Below, one piece after another: positions 45,501 through 54,762 of a stretch of 64,000 nucleotides of DNA. The stretch covers positions 32,001 through 96,000 of the forward strand of contig JBDTZG010000008.1 of assembly GCA_040005235.1 (NCBI GenBank), written 5' to 3'. This DNA comes from Acidobacteriota bacterium. GTDB taxonomy: Bacteria > Acidobacteriota > Thermoanaerobaculia > Multivoradales > UBA5704. The notes beneath the pieces were generated by a model. The model did no database searches. It saw only the letters and a program-made list of their open reading frames with translations, and was not told the DNA's origin. The first letter of the stretch is position 1. Each line of letters begins with the position of its first letter. The translations under genes and the position numbers were made by a program.

Positions 45501-45744
45501 CCCCGGAGTCGTCGGTCTTCCAGACTCCGCCGTCGGCGGCACCGAAGTAGTACGTGTCGATCTCGTCCGGCACCCCCGCAGCGATCACCGACCAGCCGGC
45601 GCGTAGGGGACCGAGCAGGCGCCAGCGGAGATCCTGATAGGCGGCGCCCGAGCTCGGATCAAGGGCGCGCGCAGAGGGCGGCGTGAGAGCGACCCAGGCT
45701 GCGAGGAGCATCAGGGCGGGGGCGAAGGCGCGGGCTCGTTTCAT
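42505..45744 (-). CDS. Secreted VPS10/BNR (Asp-box) repeat protein, glycosyl-hydrolase-like beta-propeller
   Basis: Signal peptide. WRLLGP. Many S/TxDxGxTW Asp-boxes. GGDDYH, GQFY and SGQQDSG. Confidence 0.9.
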   Translation of the reverse strand: MKRARAFAPALMLLAAWVALTPPSARALDPSSGAAYQDLRWRLLGPLRAGWSVIAAGVPDEIDTYYFGAADGGVWKTDDSGVTWRPLSDRAPFSSVGALAVVPGPSANRTLWVGSGQTQTRFDVMDGNGVWKSDDEGETWVSMGLADTRHIGRIWVDPRNPNVLLVAALGHLFGPNPERGIYRSEDGGKNWSRVAFVDENTGAVEISADREVPDVLYAAFWQTRLYPWQGYHVPQVGPGSGIWRSTDGGKSWAAAPRTGLPDEPLGKIGLAVAPTTNGRRVYAAVDAQKGAGLYRSDDGGATWALEMASRSIPSSYFGRIFADPSDPNVVYFPGQSFRKSTDGGKTFVYIKGSPGGDDYHYLWINPAHTERMILASDQGTTVSVNGGKTWSPWYNQPTGQFYRLGIDNQFPYRVYSGQQDSGTVSVSSRSNYGQLTYRDWHSVGGDERDGDLPDPVDPNIVYGSGLGGKISRWDARTGRVANVSPWPVSSYGTRPPTVPNRTTWITPIAIDPRPPVLPEESQSTLNYALGSDEALWRLPQHALYQGTQVLSRSLDKGQTWEAISPDLTGAVANAPGCTPEPGRVDPPIERTTACGYGTIFSIAPSRVASGLIWVGTDNGRIHVTQDGGAHWTDVTPKDLPAWSAVAQIDAGSEPGSAYVAIDRHRLDDRSPWLYVTHDFGVHWRRAEAGLPAEAWVNVVRVDPKHPGLLYAGTRQGVFVSFDDGTHWSPLQLNLPRTGVNDLLVKGDDLVIATQGRALWVLDDVAAVRAGFGAKQGLALALPSVAIRLTPNENRDTPLPPEFPTTPNPPAGVAIDYFLPSTPKGPVEIEIFDAGGILIRKFSSAEAPRRPDARQYFADRWLLPPAVPTRNVGHNRFWWDLRGPQPKATDYDFTIAAVPDRDTATLPQGMLVLPGRYRLRLTVDGATLEQPLFVKKDPRSPATEEDLAAGNAFSGEVVHALGQTVDALEEIDAFDKGLAPLATGERKAAKRLAEGAKATRDDLAKLNSGGGDLDLSVVGAVLSGLESDLEGADSAPTAPQRKVFEEMRGRLDKALAKWRELHGSVGKAFEKEMVGHSRSR

Positions 45745-45839
45745 GCGATCGATCTCCGGAAGGTACTCTGGCAGCCGGACGATACAGGACGGCGAGCGCG
45801 TGAGGTACTCTTGCTCCCTCGTTCTGTGGTTCTCATCTC

Positions 45840-48122
45840 ATGAAACCTGGCGATCGCATCGGCCATATCCAAATCTCGGAGCTACTGGGCCGAGGAGGCA
45901 TGGGCGACGTCTACGCCGGATTCGATGAAAAGCTCCAGCGCGACGTGGCGATCAAGATCCTGCGCGAGGGTCGTTGGCAGCGGGTCGCGCGCGCGCGTCT
46001 GCTACGCGAGGCGCGGGCGCTCTCCCGGCTCGACCATCCCCACATCTGCGCCATCTACGATCTGATCGAGACGCCGGAAGGCGATGCCCTGGTGCTCGAG
46101 CGGATCGTCGGTAAGAACCTGCGCCAAGCGGTGCGTGCCGGCCTCGACCGGGCCTCGCGGCTGCGCATCGCCGAAGAGATAGCCGACGTGCTGGTCGCCG
46201 CGCACGCCCACGGCATCGTCCATCGGGACCTCAAACCGACCAACGTCCTGCTGACGGAAGCAGGCGCGGTGAAGGTGCTCGATTTCGGCCTCGCCTATTC
46301 GCCCGAGGATGGGGATTTGCCGCAGGTGCGCTTGCCGCGGCTGAGCGGGGACCTTTCGGAGGCGGGAACGCCGGGTGACGAGGAAGAGGCCAGTGAGCTG
46401 GACACTGCGGCGCTCGCTCCATCGCCTTGGCCGGCGGACGATTCGTCGAGCGGCGTCGATTCGACCGAGACCTACCGCACCCAGTTCGGCGAGGTGGTGG
46501 GCACCCTGCCGTCGATGAGCCCCGAGCAGGCGCGCGGCGAGCCGGTGACGTTCGCGAGCGACATGTACGCATTCGGCCTGTTGCTCCAGAAACTGTTCAC
46601 CGGCCGGCCGGCCTACGACTCGACTCTGCCGACCCCGCGCCTGTTGTACGAAGTCCAAGAGGGGCGACGGCGGCCACTTCTCGGAGTCGGAGGCGGGCAT
46701 TCCGAGCTGATCCAGGCGCTTTGTTCTCTTGCTCCCGAAGAGCGCCCGACAGCCGCGGCGGCGCTCGCCCGGCTACGCCGAATCCGCGAGGCGCCGAAGC
46801 GCCGGGCGCTGCGCGCCGCGCTCGCGATGGCGGGGCTGCTGGCGCTAGGCGGCGTCGCGAAATACACCTTCGACCTGAAACGTGAACGGGACGGAGCGAT
46901 CTTCGCTGAAATGCGGGCCGAACGGGCAGGTGGCGAAGCCGAGGCGGTGGTCGATTTTCTGGTCGGGATGTTCCGGGTCGCCGATCCGGGTGAATCGCTG
47001 GGCAACCGAATCACCGCCCGCGAGCTGCTCGACCGGGGCGCCGAACGCTTGAAGACCGAGCTGGCGAAACAGCCGACCCGCCGCGCCCGTTTGGCGGACG
47101 CGATCGGCCAGACCTACCAGCGCCTCGGCCTCTACACTCAAGCGGAAGCGCTGCTCTCCGAGGCGCTCGAATTGAACCGTCGGCAGTTGGGAAACGACAG
47201 CGCGGAGGTCGGCATCAGTCTCTATCACCTGGGCGCTCTCCGGTTGGTGACGTTCGGCGAGTGCGAGCCGCTGCTCGTCGAAGCGGTGCGCATCCTGGAA
47301 AAAACCGAAGGGCCGCTCGATCCCGAGCTTGCCGGGGCGCTGAACGGTCTTGGGACGTTCTACGGCCGCAAAGGGGACGCCGTGCGGGCCGAGCCGGTGC
47401 TTCGACGCGCGCTCGCGATCCGCGAGAAGGTGCTCGGCCCCGACGATCCCTCGGTCGCCGCGACGCTCAACAACCTGGCGATCGTCGAATCGCGCAAGGG
47501 GCGCAACGACGAGGCCGAGAAGCTGTTTCGTCGCGGCCTCGCGATCCGCGAGAGAGTCCTGCCGGCCGACCACCCCGATCTCGCCGTGAACCTGGAGGCC
47601 TTGGCGGTCCTGTACGAAAACGTGAACCGGCCGAAGGAAGCCGAGGTGCTGCACCGCCGGGCGCTGGCGATCTGGGAAAAGGTGCTCGGCCCGACGCATC
47701 CGCGGCTCGGCTTGCTCCTCTCGAACCTCGCCAACACCGAAGACGCCCTCGGTTTTCCCACGGAGGCCGAGGCGCTGCACCGCCGCGCACTCGCGATCCG
47801 CGAGGCGGCGCACGGCCCGAACCATCCGGAGGTCGCGGTTTCGCTCCACGGGCTCGCGAACGTCCTATGGGGCGAGGGACGCAGGGCCGAGGCCGAAGCC
47901 GCGCTCCGCCGCGCCCTGGCGATACAGGAGCGCTATCCGGAAGGCGATGCCGAAGAGCATCGAAGCGCTGTCAAGGATCTCGCCGCGATGTTGCGCGCGA
48001 CCGGCCGGGGGGCCGAGGCGGTGGCGCTTGAAGCGACGGCGCCGCCCGCCGCCGCGAAGGCGCCGAGCCCGCCCGCGTCGGTCGCCAACGCGAAACCCCG
48101 CCCGCCGGCGGCCGCCGGATGA
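45840..48122 (+). CDS. Ser/Thr kinase with C-terminal TPR (kinesin-light-chain-like) repeats
   Basis: LGRGGMGDVY, HRDLKPTN and DFG. Repeats of RRALAIREKVLGPDDP...LNNLA. Confidence 0.92.
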   Translation: MKPGDRIGHIQISELLGRGGMGDVYAGFDEKLQRDVAIKILREGRWQRVARARLLREARALSRLDHPHICAIYDLIETPEGDALVLERIVGKNLRQAVRAGLDRASRLRIAEEIADVLVAAHAHGIVHRDLKPTNVLLTEAGAVKVLDFGLAYSPEDGDLPQVRLPRLSGDLSEAGTPGDEEEASELDTAALAPSPWPADDSSSGVDSTETYRTQFGEVVGTLPSMSPEQARGEPVTFASDMYAFGLLLQKLFTGRPAYDSTLPTPRLLYEVQEGRRRPLLGVGGGHSELIQALCSLAPEERPTAAAALARLRRIREAPKRRALRAALAMAGLLALGGVAKYTFDLKRERDGAIFAEMRAERAGGEAEAVVDFLVGMFRVADPGESLGNRITARELLDRGAERLKTELAKQPTRRARLADAIGQTYQRLGLYTQAEALLSEALELNRRQLGNDSAEVGISLYHLGALRLVTFGECEPLLVEAVRILEKTEGPLDPELAGALNGLGTFYGRKGDAVRAEPVLRRALAIREKVLGPDDPSVAATLNNLAIVESRKGRNDEAEKLFRRGLAIRERVLPADHPDLAVNLEALAVLYENVNRPKEAEVLHRRALAIWEKVLGPTHPRLGLLLSNLANTEDALGFPTEAEALHRRALAIREAAHGPNHPEVAVSLHGLANVLWGEGRRAEAEAALRRALAIQERYPEGDAEEHRSAVKDLAAMLRATGRGAEAVALEATAPPAAAKAPSPPASVANAKPRPPAAAG

Positions 48123-48970
48123 GCGCCGCGCTCGATCCGGTTCGGCCGATCGAGGTCGCCGATCGATTCGCCGGCCTCGGCCGCGAGTTGCTCGCCCTGC
48201 TGCGGTCGCTTTCCCCGTCCGACTGGGAGGCGCCGACCGTCTGCCCGGCCTGGAGCGTCCGCGACGTCGCGGCCCACCTGCTCGACACCGCTCTGCGGCG
48301 CCTCTCGTTCGGCCGGGACCGCCTGCCGATGGTGGCGCCCGAGGAACCGATCGATTCCTACGCCGGTCTGCTGAGCTTCCTGAACCGGCTGAACCACGAT
48401 TGGGTCCACGCGTTTCGCCGGGTGAGCCCGGAGCTGCTGATCGACCTTCTCGCGACGGTCGAGCCGCAGCTGGCCGCCTATTTCGAAACGCTCGATCCGC
48501 GGGCTCCGGCGCTCGGCGTGGCGTGGGCGGGGGAGAGCACCTCGGAACAGTGGTTCGACCTCGCCCGCGAGCTGACCGAACGCTGGCACCACCAGCAGCA
48601 GATCCGCCTCGCCGTGGGCGCGCCGCCGCTCGACGATCCGTTCTACGTCGCCCCCGTGCTCGATACCTTCCTGCGCGCTCTTCCGCACCGCTATCGCGAG
48701 GTGTCGGCGCCCGCGGGAACCGCGATCGGCTTCTCGTTCTCCGGCCGGGAGGAGTACCGGTTCACGCTGCGCCGGGAAAGCGAGAGCTGGGAGCTGCTCT
48801 ACGGCCGGGAGCCGGAGGGAGAGACCGCGTCCGTCGCGATGGCCGACGAGGCCGCTTGGCTGCTGTTGACCAAGGGCCTCGCCGGTGCGGCGGCGCGCGA
48901 TCGCTCGCGAGTGGCGGGGGATGGGAAGTGGCTCGATCCGTTCTTCTCTACATTGGCGGTGATGGCGTAA
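48119..48970 (+). CDS. MDMPI N-terminal domain / DinB-superfamily metalloprotein
   Basis: DWEAPTVCPAWSVRDVAAHL and ERWHHQQQIR. Confidence 0.85.
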   Translation: MSAALDPVRPIEVADRFAGLGRELLALLRSLSPSDWEAPTVCPAWSVRDVAAHLLDTALRRLSFGRDRLPMVAPEEPIDSYAGLLSFLNRLNHDWVHAFRRVSPELLIDLLATVEPQLAAYFETLDPRAPALGVAWAGESTSEQWFDLARELTERWHHQQQIRLAVGAPPLDDPFYVAPVLDTFLRALPHRYREVSAPAGTAIGFSFSGREEYRFTLRRESESWELLYGREPEGETASVAMADEAAWLLLTKGLAGAAARDRSRVAGDGKWLDPFFSTLAVMA

Positions 48971-48975
48971 CCCGC

Positions 48976-49563
48976 TTATCGCCCTTCGCGGTCGTCCACC
49001 CAGATCCGCACCGTGTCGCGATCCTCGGTGACGGCGACCAGCTCGCCGCGGCCGTTGCGGGCCAGGGCGTCGATCGCGGCGGAAAAATCAAGCTCGCCCG
49101 GATCTCCGGAAAGGAGGGCGTCGACCACCGGAGCCGGGATGCGGACGACCGCTTCGCCGTTGCCGTCGCCAGGATGGCTCGCGCGGAAGACCAGATGGCC
49201 GCCGGCTTTGCTCACCGAGAGCCGACCTTCATGGTCCTCGAACGTGGCGATCTTCGCCTCCGGCAGGTTGCGGACTTCGCGCCAGATCTTGCGCAGCTGG
49301 GCCGGCGGGATCTCGTGGTCGTCGATGACGATCCGGCTGCCCGAGTGAATACCGTCGGGAATCAGCGCCGCGAGGGCCTGGACGAAGCTCACCGGCACGT
49401 CGATCGAGACGTGGCCGCTGCCGTCGCCGTGCTGACGGGCCGCATGCCCCTCGGAACCGCTTTGAATGTCGAGGTGAAAATAGGGGCCCGCGGCGGCCGC
49501 CGGCAGGGAGAGGGCAACGAGCAGGGCGGGCAGGAGGATGAGGGAAAGCACGTGTCGTTTCAT
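48976..49563 (-). CDS. Secreted hypothetical protein
   Basis: ATG at 49563 with GGAG RBS. Signal peptide MKRHVLSLILLPALLVALSLPAAAA. C-terminal DTVRIWVD. Confidence 0.65.
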   Translation of the reverse strand: MKRHVLSLILLPALLVALSLPAAAAGPYFHLDIQSGSEGHAARQHGDGSGHVSIDVPVSFVQALAALIPDGIHSGSRIVIDDHEIPPAQLRKIWREVRNLPEAKIATFEDHEGRLSVSKAGGHLVFRASHPGDGNGEAVVRIPAPVVDALLSGDPGELDFSAAIDALARNGRGELVAVTEDRDTVRIWVDDREGR

Positions 49564-49653
49564 GATCGAGTTCTCCAGGTGATGTCTATCCAGACGAGCG
49601 CGGAGGGGCCGATGTTTCAAACCGCCAAGTCCGCCGCGGTCTAGAATCGGCCG

Positions 49654-51897
49654 ATGAACGAACCCGGAGGCTCGCCGCCTGCGGTCTCGCTGGAACCGCG
49701 GGCGGTGGTCGCGACGATCCCTGCGATCACGGCGGTCGCGGCGTGGAGCCTGCTCGCGGCGCTCTGGCTGCTCTCCGTCGGTGCGCGCTTCGGCGGGGCG
49801 GTGTCGCTGGCGAGAGTGATTTTCCCTCTGGCGCTCGCGGCGACGGGGGGCTGGGCCTTCCTCTGGCTGCGAACCCACGTTCGAACCCGCCAATGGCTGA
49901 TCCCGACGCTTCTCGCGCTGTCGCTCGTCGTCCGCCTGATCGGCGCCGATCACGAGGTCTCCGGCCGTTATTGGGGCGATGAAGGGACCTACTACCAGCA
50001 TGCGACGCAGATCAACGAGGGAAAGCTCCTCACCCGCTCGTTCGTTTACCCGCACCTCACCTACGACCTTTACGCCTTTGTGCTCTGGCTCGCCGGGCTG
50101 TTTCCGAGCGCGACGGCCGGTGCGGTGCGCGCACTTTGGGGGGTGACCGAACCGCTCGAACGGGAGTGGCTGATCCTGCGCCTGGTGGCGGCCTTGCTCG
50201 GCGCGTTCACGGTCGTCCCTGTGGCGCTCCTGGCACGAAGGATCGCGTCGAAGGCGGCATCCCGCCTCAATCTGGGAACCTTGGCCGGGGCGTTCGCCGG
50301 CCTGCTGCTGATCGCGAACCCGCATTTCAACATGGGATCGCACTTGTTCATCTGCGACGCCCCCTCCGCGTTCTTCGCCGCCGTCTCGCTCGCGTTCGCG
50401 GGGCGGTTGCTCGACGCCGAGAAGAATCGCGACTACGTGGCGGCGGGAATCTGGGCCGGGCTCGCCGCGGCGGCGAAGTACCCCGCCGGGGTGGTCGCGG
50501 TGGCGATCGTGGCGCTTTGGGCGAGTTGGCGCTTCGCCCAGTATCGCCTACCCCAGGGTTTGGTTTCGTGGGTCCCGCAGCGACTGGCTGCTGCCGAAGG
50601 CGCCCGAAGGAGCGAGGAGGCCCACGAAACCAATACCCGGCCCGGAGCGAAACCGAGGCGCTGGAGCTGGGGCCTCCTCTGGGCGGGGCTCGCCGCGATC
50701 TCCGCCTTCGTCGCGGTGATGCCGAGCCTCGCGGTCTATCCGGACATCGCCCTGTTCGGCCAGCGCGGAATGCTGTTCGGCGCCCGACAGTACGCGCTCC
50801 ACGGCTGGATCGGCGTCACCCCGCATAGCAACGCGGCGTTCTACCTGCAACTGTTGGTCGAATCGTTCGGTCCGGCGACGCTGGTCATCGGACTGCCCGG
50901 CCTGTTCGCGCTCGACCGACCGACGCGCGGCCGGTGGCTGCGGATGGCGGTCTTTCCCGCGCTGTTCCTCGGACTGCTGTTCTCGATGGCGATGGTGGTC
51001 AAGCGCAATCTCTACCCGGCGATGCCGCCGCTCGCCGCCCTTCTCGGAGTCGGCCTCGCGGCGGCGGCGGTTTGGGCGCTCGGTCGAATCGCCGAGAAAA
51101 AGCCAAGGTTACGTTTCGCGGTCGTGCCGCTGCTCGCCGCACTCTGCCTGGCTCCGCCGGCCTGGCGGACGACGATCGAGACGATCGGCTACGCCCGCGC
51201 TTCGACCCGCGAGCTGGCGGCGGCCTGGGTCTACGCGAACCTGCCGCCCGGCGCGCGGATCGTCAAGGAGCAGTACACGCCAAACTTTCCCGACGGCACG
51301 TTCGAGATCGTCCCCACCCGCTTCGCCGGCCGGCTGGCCGAGCCCGAAATGCGCGAAGCGGGCAACGACTACCTGCTGCTCGCAAGCGACGCCTACAAGC
51401 GCTTTCTTGACCCCGAGCTGCTGACCAAAGAGCACCACAAGGGGATCGCCCAGAACTATTCGACGATCCTCGCCAGCTACCCGAAAATCGGCGAATGGAT
51501 CCCCAACCGCATCCGCCTCGGGCCGATCGTCCAGCTCTACCGCCTGGAACCCCTCCCCGCCGACTGCCGCACCGGCGGACCGATCTCCGCCCGCGACGCC
51601 CACGTCCCCGATCTGCGCATGCGCACCGGGCCGAACGTGGCCTATCAACTGCCGGGCCAGTGGGTGCTCTTCAAGGGCTGCTTCGCCGCGGGCAAGTACT
51701 CTTTCCATCTCGACGGAACAATCGCTGGTCCCGGCTCGCTCCGCGGGGTCGACGCGGCGAATCGCAAGGTCGCGGACACGCCGTTGGGGGGCGAACCGGT
51801 TGCGGTGGATCTGCCGTCACAGGGCAAGTATTTCTTCTACGTGTCGCTGCCGGAGGGGAGCCGGCTGCGGGGGGTGGTGCTCGAACCTGCCGGATGA
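49654..51897 (+). CDS. GT-C (family 39/PMT_2, ArnT-like) glycosyltransferase
   Basis: YWGDEG, YPHL, GLAAAAKYP and RNLYP. Multiple TM segments. Soluble C-terminal domain. Confidence 0.85.
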   Translation: MNEPGGSPPAVSLEPRAVVATIPAITAVAAWSLLAALWLLSVGARFGGAVSLARVIFPLALAATGGWAFLWLRTHVRTRQWLIPTLLALSLVVRLIGADHEVSGRYWGDEGTYYQHATQINEGKLLTRSFVYPHLTYDLYAFVLWLAGLFPSATAGAVRALWGVTEPLEREWLILRLVAALLGAFTVVPVALLARRIASKAASRLNLGTLAGAFAGLLLIANPHFNMGSHLFICDAPSAFFAAVSLAFAGRLLDAEKNRDYVAAGIWAGLAAAAKYPAGVVAVAIVALWASWRFAQYRLPQGLVSWVPQRLAAAEGARRSEEAHETNTRPGAKPRRWSWGLLWAGLAAISAFVAVMPSLAVYPDIALFGQRGMLFGARQYALHGWIGVTPHSNAAFYLQLLVESFGPATLVIGLPGLFALDRPTRGRWLRMAVFPALFLGLLFSMAMVVKRNLYPAMPPLAALLGVGLAAAAVWALGRIAEKKPRLRFAVVPLLAALCLAPPAWRTTIETIGYARASTRELAAAWVYANLPPGARIVKEQYTPNFPDGTFEIVPTRFAGRLAEPEMREAGNDYLLLASDAYKRFLDPELLTKEHHKGIAQNYSTILASYPKIGEWIPNRIRLGPIVQLYRLEPLPADCRTGGPISARDAHVPDLRMRTGPNVAYQLPGQWVLFKGCFAAGKYSFHLDGTIAGPGSLRGVDAANRKVADTPLGGEPVAVDLPSQGKYFFYVSLPEGSRLRGVVLEPAG

Positions 51898-52040
51898 GCG
51901 TCTGAAATGCGCGCCCGGAAGCTTTGGGAGGCTACCCGAGGAGGTCGGGGAAGCCTCCTGGGGCGCAGGGGAAGGGATCCGAGCAAGCGCCGGCAGTGGA
52001 GTATTGGAGTTAATCCTGGAAGACGATGCAGTTGTTGTTG

Positions 52041-52526
52041 CTACGAGAAGAGCGTCCGCATCCTGCGCGGCATAGCTCGTGCGTCTATAAAATTCCTCGC
52101 CAGCTTACACAAATCCAAATCTTGCGAAACGATCCGAGCGGGGCTCCTGCTCAGCGCCGTGCCAATTATCTGACAATCGGCCCTGATCGCCGCCCTGCTC
52201 CGCGTCCCATCTTCTAGAATTTCGTCGATGATTCGTGACTCTTTGTTTGACCGCCAGACATTCGCAGCTGCAATCGCGGCAGGGGCGTCGTACGGGATGA
52301 CAATGAAGTCCCGGAGTATCTGTGCTCCCGCCGCGGCATGCTCTGCCGTCGGAACTCGAAGCAGCAGCTCTCCAAAGACGACCGCGGAAATCGCCACGCG
52401 ATCACCTCCTCCGCGGAGGCTGTCGATGAAAGCTCCAGCTTCTGCTACCATTTCCTCCTGACCTTCAGTGAACTCTTTCTTGACTCCCCAAACTAAAATC
52501 TGTGTATCAAGGAAGACTAGGCTCAT
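52041..52526 (-). CDS. PIN-domain protein (VapC-like)
   Basis: VFLDTQIL, VFGELL, ADCQII and SQDLDL supply the acidic PIN residues. ATGA overlap with the upstream gene. Confidence 0.8.
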   Translation of the reverse strand: MSLVFLDTQILVWGVKKEFTEGQEEMVAEAGAFIDSLRGGGDRVAISAVVFGELLLRVPTAEHAAAGAQILRDFIVIPYDAPAAIAAANVWRSNKESRIIDEILEDGTRSRAAIRADCQIIGTALSRSPARIVSQDLDLCKLARNFIDARAMPRRMRTLFS

Positions 52527-53305
52527 AAATCGCCGTCCTCTCGGATGCTCGATAACAGAAGTCCTACTTCTATCTCTTCGTCCCAGTACTTGCCGATTGA
52601 ATCGCTGAGGCGGTCAATCGCTTCCTTTAGATCGACATCCACATAGGGAGATATCGAAGTTGCTCGGAATTCAAGGATATCGCCGGTCACTGAATCCCAC
52701 CTTGCAACACCAGAGATTCCAACCCATGTGTAGAGCCGTGGGCTCAGGGCCTTTGCGTCTTCAGCGCTGATATCTCCATAAATAGTTACATCTTCAGAGA
52801 TTTTCAATGCAAAACTTGGCTCGGCGCCGCCGATTCTCTGCAGGTAGCCGTACAAGGAGGTTTCACCTTCGATGGAGGATAAGGAGGCGACCTGGGTGAC
52901 AGGGGTGATTATCGTTTTGAAGTCGTCATTGTCCCGAGGAGTGGTTAGCTCTGCGATGCAGTCATATTTACGGGTTATTGCAGATAGAACCTTGACAAAT
53001 TCGATTGATGATTTATCAACGCCGATATAGTTTTGCCCCTCAATCGCCCTACCAAGGACATAGAACGACTGTGCTGCGAGGTCAGGAACGAGCGAGTCGA
53101 AGCCGTAACCAGCGCTCGCGTTCGCCACCGAGCTAAGAGACACAAGGATCTTATCTTTTGGCAGGCCCGGGCAATGCGTGCTTATATGCCGGGAAACGTA
53201 GTCCTCCAGTTTTTTTAGGACACGCGCCAAGTCGCCGGCTCCTATCCGCGCAAGCGAAATACCGCCGCCCTGGAATCGCACCTGAATAGGGTCTGGGAGC
53301 ATCAT
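52523..53305 (-). CDS. Hypothetical protein in an AT-richer islet, coupled to the PIN gene
   Basis: ATG at 53305 with GAAAGGGG RBS and TATAAT upstream (53346-53351, minus). Atypical codon usage. Confidence 0.75.
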   Translation of the reverse strand: MMLPDPIQVRFQGGGISLARIGAGDLARVLKKLEDYVSRHISTHCPGLPKDKILVSLSSVANASAGYGFDSLVPDLAAQSFYVLGRAIEGQNYIGVDKSSIEFVKVLSAITRKYDCIAELTTPRDNDDFKTIITPVTQVASLSSIEGETSLYGYLQRIGGAEPSFALKISEDVTIYGDISAEDAKALSPRLYTWVGISGVARWDSVTGDILEFRATSISPYVDVDLKEAIDRLSDSIGKYWDEEIEVGLLLSSIREDGDL

Positions 53306-53424
53306 GTCGGACCCCCTTTCGGCAGAGAAGGACTTTTGCGACTCAATTATACCCTGCACCAAAGGAGTGTGCAAAATGCGGGCCTCGCCGGGATCATTCT
53401 GCCCCCCTCCTCGCAGAAGTCAAG

Positions 53425-53850
53425 CTAACTCCCCGTCTTCCCCGCCAACCGCTCGAACGACTCGCGGAACGCCTCCGGCATGCGGCAGGGCCGGCCGGTC
53501 GATTTGTCGATCCAGAGGTGCTCGGAGTTGCCGGTCACCAGCAGCTCGCCGTTCTTGTGGACTTCGTAGGCGAAGTGGATGCCGCGGCTGCCCAGGTGCT
53601 CGCCCCAGCAGGTGACCTGTACCGTGTCGCCGTAGCGGGCCGGGCGGCGGTAGCGGGCGGAGATTCCGGTCACCATCAGCAGGTAGCCCATGTTCTCGAT
53701 TTCGGCGTAGTGGAAGCCGGACATCTCGCAGATCCGGGTGCGGGCGAGCTCGAACCAGATGATGTAGTTGGCATGATGGACGACCGCCATCTGGTCGGTC
53801 TCGGCGTAGCGGACTTCGATGTCGATCGTGGAGCGGACGGGCTCGGGCAT
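53425..53850 (-). CDS. Acyl-CoA thioesterase (YbgC/4HBT family)
   Basis: VRYAETDQMAVVHHANYIIWFELAR and YRRPARYGD. Confidence 0.92.
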   Translation of the reverse strand: MPEPVRSTIDIEVRYAETDQMAVVHHANYIIWFELARTRICEMSGFHYAEIENMGYLLMVTGISARYRRPARYGDTVQVTCWGEHLGSRGIHFAYEVHKNGELLVTGNSEHLWIDKSTGRPCRMPEAFRESFERLAGKTGS

Positions 53851-53877
53851 GCGTCATTCTCCAAGAAAGAGGGTGCT

Positions 53878-54591
53878 TCACGCCCGGTCGAGCGGGCCCC
53901 GGCTGTAGCGCAGGACGGTCCAGAGGATTTTGTAGCCGGCGGCGATCGTGCCGCGGATCGTGCCGGTGATTTTGGAGACTCCTACCCGCTTTCGGTACGA
54001 CACCGGCACTTCGACCACCCGCAATCCGGCGCGCAGGGCTTTGACCTGAAGCTCCGCGGTCCAGCCGAAGTTGGGGTCGGACATGCCGACGCGCTCGAGA
54101 GCGTCCCAGCGGGCGGCGCGAAACGGCCCCAGGTCGGTGTAGCGGTGGCCGTAGAGCAGGCGGATCAACAGGCATGCGACGAGGTTGCCGGCGCGCGCCT
54201 GGGGGAGCAGCGCGCCGCGCTCGCGGCGGCCGAGCACGCGGGAGCCGATCACCACGTCGGCGGTTCCGGCGAGGATCGGCGCGACCACCTCCGGCAGCTC
54301 CTCCGGGTGATCGGAAAAGTCGGCGTCGATGAAGACCACGATGTCCGGCGGATCGTGCTTCCGCAGGTGGGCGAGTCCCGCCAGGCAGGCGCTGCCGTAG
54401 CCGCGGCGCGCGGCGGGAACGACCACCGCGCCCCCGGCGACCGCCACTTGGGCGGTCGCGTCGGTCGAGCCGTTGTCGGCGACCACGATGCGCCGAACCG
54501 GCGGACGGGGGAGACCCGCGAGCACCAGAGGCAGCGAAGCCTCTTCGTTGAGCGCGGGGATGACGACGTCGATCGCGGCGGTTGCATTCAT
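53878..54591 (-). CDS. GT2 family glycosyltransferase
   Basis: VIPALNEE, DNGSTD, GYGSAC, FIDAD and TDLGPFRA. Confidence 0.92.
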   Translation of the reverse strand: MNATAAIDVVIPALNEEASLPLVLAGLPRPPVRRIVVADNGSTDATAQVAVAGGAVVVPAARRGYGSACLAGLAHLRKHDPPDIVVFIDADFSDHPEELPEVVAPILAGTADVVIGSRVLGRRERGALLPQARAGNLVACLLIRLLYGHRYTDLGPFRAARWDALERVGMSDPNFGWTAELQVKALRAGLRVVEVPVSYRKRVGVSKITGTIRGTIAAGYKILWTVLRYSRGPLDRA

Positions 54592-54762
54592 CTGGAGAGG
54601 CTCGTTCGAGTCCGTCCGCGTTGGACGGCGCCGGATTTTATGCCATGCTCGCCGTCATCCGCGGGATCCTTTCCGGCCGCGGGAACACCGGCCCTCTCCG
54701 GGCGGGCATCGGACGGCTTGGTTGCTCGGACGCTTCCGCCCCCAGGGTCATCGAGGAGCTTC

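Noticed and set aside
47330-47930. 126-bp-period nucleotide repeats
   Set aside because: They are explained by ordinary 42-aa TPR repeats of the kinase.
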